Positions 58,108-64,000 of a DNA stretch of 64,000 bases are shown here, piece after piece. The stretch covers positions 4,160,001 to 4,224,000 of the forward strand of contig OZ242351.1 of the NCBI GenBank assembly GCA_965208675.1, read 5' to 3'. The position numbers were made by a program, and so were the translations under genes. The notes under the pieces were generated by a model. The model was not told the origin of the DNA. It saw nothing but the letters and a program-made list of their open reading frames with translations, and ran no database searches. Numbering within the stretch: the stretch's first letter is position 1; every line of letters begins with the position of its first letter. The stretch is from Candidatus Poribacteria bacterium. GTDB lineage: Bacteria > Poribacteria > WGA-4E > PCPOR2b.

Positions 58108-59217
58108 TCAAACCTTTTTGGGTTTTACGAGAGAATTGATTGATGCTGCGATTTCCTGACCCGCCTTGGGATTTCCCATTTGACGTGCAGCGGTTGCCAT
58201 CTGTTGAAGTTTTGCTGAATCGGCAATGATCTGGATAATCCAATCGGCGATATCGGCGCCGGTCGTTGTTTGCTCATTCAGCACGACCCCTGCACCCCGG
58301 TCTGCAACGGCTTGCGCGTTTAATTTCTGGTGATTGGCGGCGGCGGTAGGCAGGGGAATAAAAATCGCCGGAATCCCGCAAGCGGTGACTTCAGAAATTG
58401 TCATGCCGCCAGCCCGGCAAATCATTAAATCTACAACACTATATACAGACTCGATCGAATCAAAATACGGTTCAACCAAATGCCGCAATGGTGAACGCTT
58501 GTAGGCATCCGTGACTTCTTGGTAATCTTTTTCTCCAGTCTGGTGAATGATTTGTAACTGCTGATCGAGCGCTGCTAGCCTATCCAACGCGTCTATAACC
58601 ATTTTGTTAATTGTATGCGCGCCTTGACTCCCTCCCATGACCATCACGGTCTTCAGATTTGCATCGAGTGCAAATTTCTCATATGTTGCATTACAACGTT
58701 TAATGGCGCCAATCGAGCGGCGTATGGGATTGCCGGTTACCTTCCCAACTCTGACTGGAAAATAGGTTACAGCCGATTCAAACGCGAGATAGACAGATTT
58801 TGCTAAACGCCCCAAGATTCGGTTTGTGACACCGGGAATTGCATTTTGTTCTTGGACGATGGTTGGGATACCGAGCAGCGAAGCGGCAAAGAGCACAGGT
58901 CCGCTAACATAGCCGCCCGTTCCCACGACGATGCTGGGTTTCAACCGCTTAAGAAGGTACAGCGAGTTTACAAAACCTGTGCCGACCTGGCCAATGACTG
59001 GCAACCACCTCCACGTCAGTTTTCGCGGCAATCCCGCCACGGGAATTGAGAGGAAACGAAATCCGTGCTGCGGAACGATTTTCGATTCTAGGCGATTCGC
59101 CCCTCCAATGAACACAATCTCATTCGTTGCATTTAGAGAGATGAGTTCTTTTGCAATGCCAATCGCGGGATAAATATGACCGCCCGTCCCACCACCTGAA
59201 ATGGTGATAAGTGGCAT
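58108..59217 (-). CDS. murG: undecaprenyl-PP-MurNAc-pentapeptide GlcNAc transferase
   Basis: GGGTGGHIYPA, GGYVSGP, EQNAIPG, GNPIR, GGSQGA, RAGG, HQ..NA. Confidence 0.97.
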   Translation of the reverse strand: MPLITISGGGTGGHIYPAIGIAKELISLNATNEIVFIGGANRLESKIVPQHGFRFLSIPVAGLPRKLTWRWLPVIGQVGTGFVNSLYLLKRLKPSIVVGTGGYVSGPVLFAASLLGIPTIVQEQNAIPGVTNRILGRLAKSVYLAFESAVTYFPVRVGKVTGNPIRRSIGAIKRCNATYEKFALDANLKTVMVMGGSQGAHTINKMVIDALDRLAALDQQLQIIHQTGEKDYQEVTDAYKRSPLRHLVEPYFDSIESVYSVVDLMICRAGGMTISEVTACGIPAIFIPLPTAAANHQKLNAQAVADRGAGVVLNEQTTTGADIADWIIQIIADSAKLQQMATAARQMGNPKAGQEIAASINSLVKPKKV

Positions 59218-59404
59218 CAGATTTCCTCATGCATGGGATGAAACCATGAAAATCAATTTGAAACAACTGGCGATTCGAGAAACTCAACACCTGATATCCA
59301 AAACATGAGGTTTCGAAGCGAAACCAAGTCATTTTCAGGACACTATCGTTCTGTCTGGCAGTTCAGCCTATCCTTCTCATTCCCGATTTACTCATTCCTA
59401 AACC

Positions 59405-60640
59405 TCAATGTTGCCAATTGTTCCACTTCACCTCTTCTCCGCCGCCCGTCCATTGTTTCTCCACATTTTCCTGCTTTTCTACCTCTCCACCCTCTATACC
59501 GCGTGAGATGTTCAGCAAAATTCCAATGCTAACTAAACTGATCAAAAGCGACGATCCCCCATAGCTAATAAATGGCAAAGTGAGACCTTTTGTGGGCATC
59601 ATTCCGGTCACCACTCCAATATTGACAATGGTCTGGACGCCAATGAGAATGGTAATACCAAATGCGAGTAAACTAGCGAACCTATCTGTAACATGAAGCG
59701 CGATATGGATGCCGCGCCATATAAACAGCATAAATAGGGCGATGACACAGACGCCGCCAATGAAGCCGAGTTCTTCGCCAATAATAGTGAATATAAAATC
59801 TGTGTGTGGTTCTGGAAGATGCCGCAAGTAAATACTCTTGCCAATCCCGCCGCCGAGTAAGTTGCCATGTGCTAACGCACCTAACGACTGAGAAAGCTGA
59901 TAATTTGTATCATCAGGCGATGTCAGGTATTGTAAATAGTCATTAATTCGCCCCATTTTATACGAATCGTCTTGAATCGAGGCGTAAACAAAAAAACAGG
60001 CTGTTCCCGTTAGTAAGATAATCTGCGAAAGACGGGCTCCTCCTACGAACAGAAGTGTAACAATCACAAAACCTAATAACACCGCGGATCCAAAATCAGG
60101 TTGTTTATATAGGAGCAGAAACACAATTGAAAGCACGAAGATGCTAGGAAGTACACCGTGGGTAAGACTGCGAATTTTGTCATGTTTGCGGCTAAGAAAA
60201 TGTGCAACATAGATCACCATTGCTAACTTGACGAGTTCAACAGGCTGAAATTGGAACCTGCTGATTCGCACCCACCGATTAAATTCCTTACCCGACTCCG
60301 AATTTACGTTGTGTCCAAGTGGAGAAAAAACGAGCACTAATCCGAGAATGGAGATTATAAGAATGTGTTTATTGTACTTTTCGTAATACCTGAATGGTAT
60401 GTACGAAGCGATGAACAAACCAATCACTCCAAGTGCGCCGGCAATTAACTGCGTCTTCAAATAGCGGAGGCTGTTTGCGTTGTAAAGTTCATAAGCAGGC
60501 CTGTTGCTGGAACTATAGACCATTACCAAGCCAATTGCGACCAAGCAAAAAGTGATGAAAAGTAGGAAGTGATCGATACCTCCTTTATGGGGGTAAATGT
60601 CATCACGATTTGAAAGGAGTTTTACTGAATGCCTTTTCAA
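59405..60640 (-). CDS. ftsW: SEDS-family peptidoglycan polymerase FtsW
   Basis: GLVMVYSSS, RW, QPVELVK, QPDFGS, LPEPHTDFIF..IGEELG, PTKGLTLPFISYGGSS. Confidence 0.95.
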   Translation of the reverse strand: MKRHSVKLLSNRDDIYPHKGGIDHFLLFITFCLVAIGLVMVYSSSNRPAYELYNANSLRYLKTQLIAGALGVIGLFIASYIPFRYYEKYNKHILIISILGLVLVFSPLGHNVNSESGKEFNRWVRISRFQFQPVELVKLAMVIYVAHFLSRKHDKIRSLTHGVLPSIFVLSIVFLLLYKQPDFGSAVLLGFVIVTLLFVGGARLSQIILLTGTACFFVYASIQDDSYKMGRINDYLQYLTSPDDTNYQLSQSLGALAHGNLLGGGIGKSIYLRHLPEPHTDFIFTIIGEELGFIGGVCVIALFMLFIWRGIHIALHVTDRFASLLAFGITILIGVQTIVNIGVVTGMMPTKGLTLPFISYGGSSLLISLVSIGILLNISRGIEGGEVEKQENVEKQWTGGGEEVKWNNWQH

Positions 60641-62003
60641 GTTGAATCACAGCCTCACGAAAGGCTTGTCCTCGTTCTTTATAATCTGAGTACATGTCAA
60701 AACTAGCATTTGCAGGCGACAAAAGCACTACGTCACCCGGCGCCGCGTGCGAGTATGCAGTTTTAACTGCTTCGTCCATGGTTGCAGCATTCCACATAAC
60801 GACTTGTAAAGAAAACGCGTTTCGGATTATTTGGGTGTGCGATCCGAGTAAAATTAACCCCTTGACTTTAGACTGAATAGGCTGGATTAACGGGGCATAA
60901 TCATTGCCTTTATCGTATCCACCCATAATCAATAGAATCGGCTTGGATATCGATTCAAGCGCGGCCGCGGCCGCAGCAACGTTTGTTGCTTTGGAATCGT
61001 TGATAAATTGAACGCCATTGATTGTATTGACCATCTCGAACGCATGTTCGAGAACGGGATATTCAGCAGCCGAAAATTGACGAACCGCCGACTGCATTTG
61101 ATTTGAAGTAATACCTAAAATTTGCCCAACAGCTGCTGCAGCGAGGACGTTTCGGAGATTGTGGTTGCCAGCTAGCGGAATGTCTCGCTTAGTCAGAACG
61201 CGTTTTGACTCACCGTTCCAATGAGCAAAGACTTCATCATTTCGTACAAACGTTCCCAAACTGGCAGGCGAGGAATTTGTGGTAAAATAGACAGGTTTTG
61301 CCTGCGTTTCCGATGCAAATGTAGCAACGGCGGGGTCTTCCGCATTGAGAACAATCCAATCCTCCGACGTTTGATTCGCGCAAATCATCAACTTGGCGTT
61401 TCGATAGGCTTCCATGGATGGGTGTTGATCCAAGTGATCCCTAGAAAGATTCAGAATCACGCTTACCATCGGGCGAAACGTCGTTGTAGTTTCAAGCTGA
61501 AAACTGCTGGTTTCCGCGACGACGAGATCCTCAGATGTTAGATTTTGGACTTTGCTCGACAGGGGTATGCCAATGTTGCCGGCAACACACACGTTTCGGA
61601 AGTTCCCATCTTTTAAAATCGAGGCAGTTAACACTGTTGTCGTTGTCTTGCCTTTTGTTCCTGTGACAGCGACGATTGGCGCAGGACATACGCTCGCGGC
61701 AACTTCTAGTTCCCCAACAATAGGAATGCCGTTTGAGCGTGCTTTCTTTAGAATAGGGATATCTAGCGGCACACCCGGCGAAACAACAACCATGTCGACC
61801 TGTTCAATACTGCGGATGCTATGGCGGCCGAGTATGAATTCAATAGACCGATCTTTAAGCGCCTCAAGGGATGATTGGAGTTCCTGTTCAGTTTTACGAT
61901 CAGTGACACGCACCTTTGCGCCAAGATCGTCCAGCAGTTTGGCAACCGCGGCGCCGCTTCGCTGCAACCCAAAAACGGCAATCTGCTTGCCCGAAAATGT
62001 CAT
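60603..62003 (-). CDS. murD: UDP-N-acetylmuramoyl-L-alanine--D-glutamate ligase
   Basis: VVSPGVP, TGTKGKTTT, GNIG, ETSSFQL, DHLD, NDSKATN, LLSPA.ASFD. Confidence 0.96.
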   Translation of the reverse strand: MTFSGKQIAVFGLQRSGAAVAKLLDDLGAKVRVTDRKTEQELQSSLEALKDRSIEFILGRHSIRSIEQVDMVVVSPGVPLDIPILKKARSNGIPIVGELEVAASVCPAPIVAVTGTKGKTTTTVLTASILKDGNFRNVCVAGNIGIPLSSKVQNLTSEDLVVAETSSFQLETTTTFRPMVSVILNLSRDHLDQHPSMEAYRNAKLMICANQTSEDWIVLNAEDPAVATFASETQAKPVYFTTNSSPASLGTFVRNDEVFAHWNGESKRVLTKRDIPLAGNHNLRNVLAAAAVGQILGITSNQMQSAVRQFSAAEYPVLEHAFEMVNTINGVQFINDSKATNVAAAAAALESISKPILLIMGGYDKGNDYAPLIQPIQSKVKGLILLGSHTQIIRNAFSLQVVMWNAATMDEAVKTAYSHAAPGDVVLLSPANASFDMYSDYKERGQAFREAVIQLEKAFSKTPFKS

Positions 62004-62369
62004 CTCAATTCAATACCTATATATTGCGCAATGTCGTAAAACTGAGTCCGAGAAAACTACATGACAAACAGTTTAATCTATTTTAACACGTCAGTAGCCC
62101 GGTTGTCTAGTATTTTCACCTAAGTAATCGGCATTCGCAATGAAGACAGAACAGCGCTTTTTCGATTGATTCGACGGTCGGTATTTTGATGCGTCAATGT
62201 TGACGAGGCGCGGTCCGGAACCTTAGCCACTTCTTTGACGACAGCGATGATTCTGCATGTCTCGACTTTAGGTTAAGGTGTTTAGCGTTGAGTAAATGAA
62301 CACATGCAGAGAAAATTGTGACAGTCAGAAAACTACTTCGGGCGGGACAAGGAGGGTAGGAGATTGTAG

Positions 62370-62404
62370 GTGTTTGGGGCAACTATCGTTGCCCCAAACA
62401 TACC
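62370..62404. terminator. strong hairpin (terminator or REP) downstream of the WD40-FlgD gene
   Basis: TGTTTGGGGCAAC-TATC-GTTGCCCCAAACA perfect 13-bp stem, preceded by GTAG. Confidence 0.6.
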
Positions 62405-62468
62405 GTGCAAGTCGATGGATGGAACACAACAGGGATTGGAATTCAAACCACAAACTGGTCAATTGACA

Positions 62469-64000
62469 CTATTTCAGAATTAACATCTTCCGCGTAGCGG
62501 AATAATCTCCGGCAGTCAGGCGGTAGAAGTACAGACCGCTCGCTACGTGCTCACCGAATTCGTTTCTGCCGTCCCAATACGCGGCTTTCGTCCGATCCGT
62601 ATAATGGCCTGCTGCTTGATGCCCTAAATCCAACCAGCGCACTAACTCACCCTTGGAATCGTATATCGAGATACCCACATCGGCATTGTTCGACAGATGG
62701 TACGGTATCCACGTCTCAGGATTAAACGGATTCGGGAAATTCGGCAGCAGTTCAGCCGACTGCTGCGGCGCCGTATCTTCACGTTCGATGCCTTCGTCCG
62801 TGTCTTCCATGTCCTCTAAATCGTCTAATGCCACACCCAAATCCCACAAGTGAATCATATTGTGGTAACCGCCGCTCGCAAGAATTCCACCCCGGCTAAT
62901 TGCAACACTCCTGCCCCAGTTTGAATGGCGTTGCAGCACGTAGAGCGGCGTGCCCGCTGCCGCGTCCCAAATCCGGACGCTATTATCCTTGCCCGTACTG
63001 GCAAGCATTTCACCATTCGGGTGGAATGCCGCGCTGAACACCCAACCGCTATGCCCGGCAAGAACACGGCTAGATTCTGCTTCGAGATCCCATAACCGGA
63101 CGTTGCCGTCCGCGCCGGCGCTAGCGAGAGTGTTGTCACTACCGAACGCAACATTTAATACCTGTTCATCATGTCCGGAGAGTTCCTTTGCGATTTCACC
63201 GGTTTCAGGATTCCACAGCCGGACAACCGCATCGCCGCCGGCACTGGCAAGCATGTCCCCGTTCGGATTGAAGGAAACGCTCCACGCGCGAACCGAGTGG
63301 GCGCGTATGCGATGCCTACGCACAACTCTTCTCAAATTGGAAATGTCCCAAATGGATACATGCCCATACTCTGTCCCAGTTGCCAGGGTGTTCCCGTCAG
63401 GACTGAAGGCTATGCCCCAGACGGTGCCGCCCGGTCTGATAATTCGTTTGAGTCGCCCCGTATCAAGGTCCCATAACAACACTCTGGCATCCATGCCGCC
63501 GCTCGCCAATATGTTTCCATTCGGACTGAAGGCAACCGAGCGCACCGCAGCTTGATGACCGACAAGCGTCCGTTTGAGTTCTCGTGTTTCAACCTCCCAC
63601 ATCCGGACGGTGTTATCGTTATGCGCACTGGCAAGTATTTCACCATCCGGACTGAAAGCAACGCCGAACACCTTCTGGGGCCGGGTATCACCCAAAATAG
63701 CTGAAACTTCAAGGGCGTCAATGTATGTGGGTTCGGGAAACAACGGTGTCGCTGTAGCAGTAAACACAACCGTCTCATCTACTCCGGCGGCGGACACTTC
63801 CACGACAAATTCGCCGGGACTTTCGCCAAACGTGAGCGTGGCAGAGACCTGTCCAGCGACATTCGTGAGTGACGTAACATCGAGTGTTGCCCCGATTGGG
63901 ACGAGGTTGAATTGAATTGCAATGCCTTCTACCACGCGGTCTTCTTCATCCCGTACTTCAACCACGAGCGGATTTGGCAGCGCAGTGTTAACTTGAGCGG
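62469..64000 (-). CDS. Ig-like + WD40 + FlgD-Ig/CTD protein (5' end outside the window)
   Basis: Frame open to the window edge (AQVNTALPNPLVVEVRD, Big_1-like); seven WD40 repeats; tail NFPNPFNPETWIPY...YWDGRNEFGEHVASGLYFY. Confidence 0.9.
   Translation of the reverse strand, partial: AQVNTALPNPLVVEVRDEEDRVVEGIAIQFNLVPIGATLDVTSLTNVAGQVSATLTFGESPGEFVVEVSAAGVDETVVFTATATPLFPEPTYIDALEVSAILGDTRPQKVFGVAFSPDGEILASAHNDNTVRMWEVETRELKRTLVGHQAAVRSVAFSPNGNILASGGMDARVLLWDLDTGRLKRIIRPGGTVWGIAFSPDGNTLATGTEYGHVSIWDISNLRRVVRRHRIRAHSVRAWSVSFNPNGDMLASAGGDAVVRLWNPETGEIAKELSGHDEQVLNVAFGSDNTLASAGADGNVRLWDLEAESSRVLAGHSGWVFSAAFHPNGEMLASTGKDNSVRIWDAAAGTPLYVLQRHSNWGRSVAISRGGILASGGYHNMIHLWDLGVALDDLEDMEDTDEGIEREDTAPQQSAELLPNFPNPFNPETWIPYHLSNNADVGISIYDSKGELVRWLDLGHQAAGHYTDRTKAAYWDGRNEFGEHVASGLYFYRLTAGDYSATRKMLILK

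Overview
Bacterial chromosomal window, most likely from Candidatus Poribacteria or a close relative (inferred from LamG proteins ending in a 'KLxTTWxxxK' tail, WD40 proteins with an 'NYPNPFNPETWIPY' FlgD-Ig/CTD tail, PhyH dioxygenase and a TM-anchored ECF sigma factor). From left to right: a partial ECF sigma with an extracytoplasmic extension (missed by the ORF track), secreted proteins and a WD40-FlgD protein under a sigma-54-type promoter, and RDD/SpoIIM. Next is a compact restriction-modification cassette headed by a toxin-less Phd/YefM antitoxin gene with its own palindromic operator. It is followed by a decaying accessory region (~9.8-17.3 kb: a triplicated membrane-protein gene, five in-frame nonsense codons, gene stubs) and catabolic/house-cleaning genes (PhyH, dgoD, MazG-like, Nudix, ggt). 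The middle holds a half-length Nma111/DEG7-like protease, prpD, an M23 peptidase, a 2091-aa PorU-like C25 peptidase, moxR, potC, argJB, a beta-barrel-SppA fusion and pcm. At 43.5-44.0 kb is a non-coding array of 10-bp-phased TCACA boxes with a consensus promoter firing into it. The right part has S9 and M14 peptidases, DUF58, trmJ, a double YibE/F protein and a partial dcw cluster (murD-ftsW-murG-murC-ftsQ-ftsA, no adjacent ftsZ; FtsQ appears to lack most of its POTRA domain). Several REP-like repeat families lie in intergenic regions. No rRNA, tRNA, CRISPR array or transposase was recognised. The best candidates for new biology are the Phd-controlled RM cassette, the T9SS-like sorting apparatus (PorU-like C25, CTD cargo, TTW tail, barrel-SppA) and the phased TCACA array. 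All family calls come from reading motifs by eye; no database search was run.
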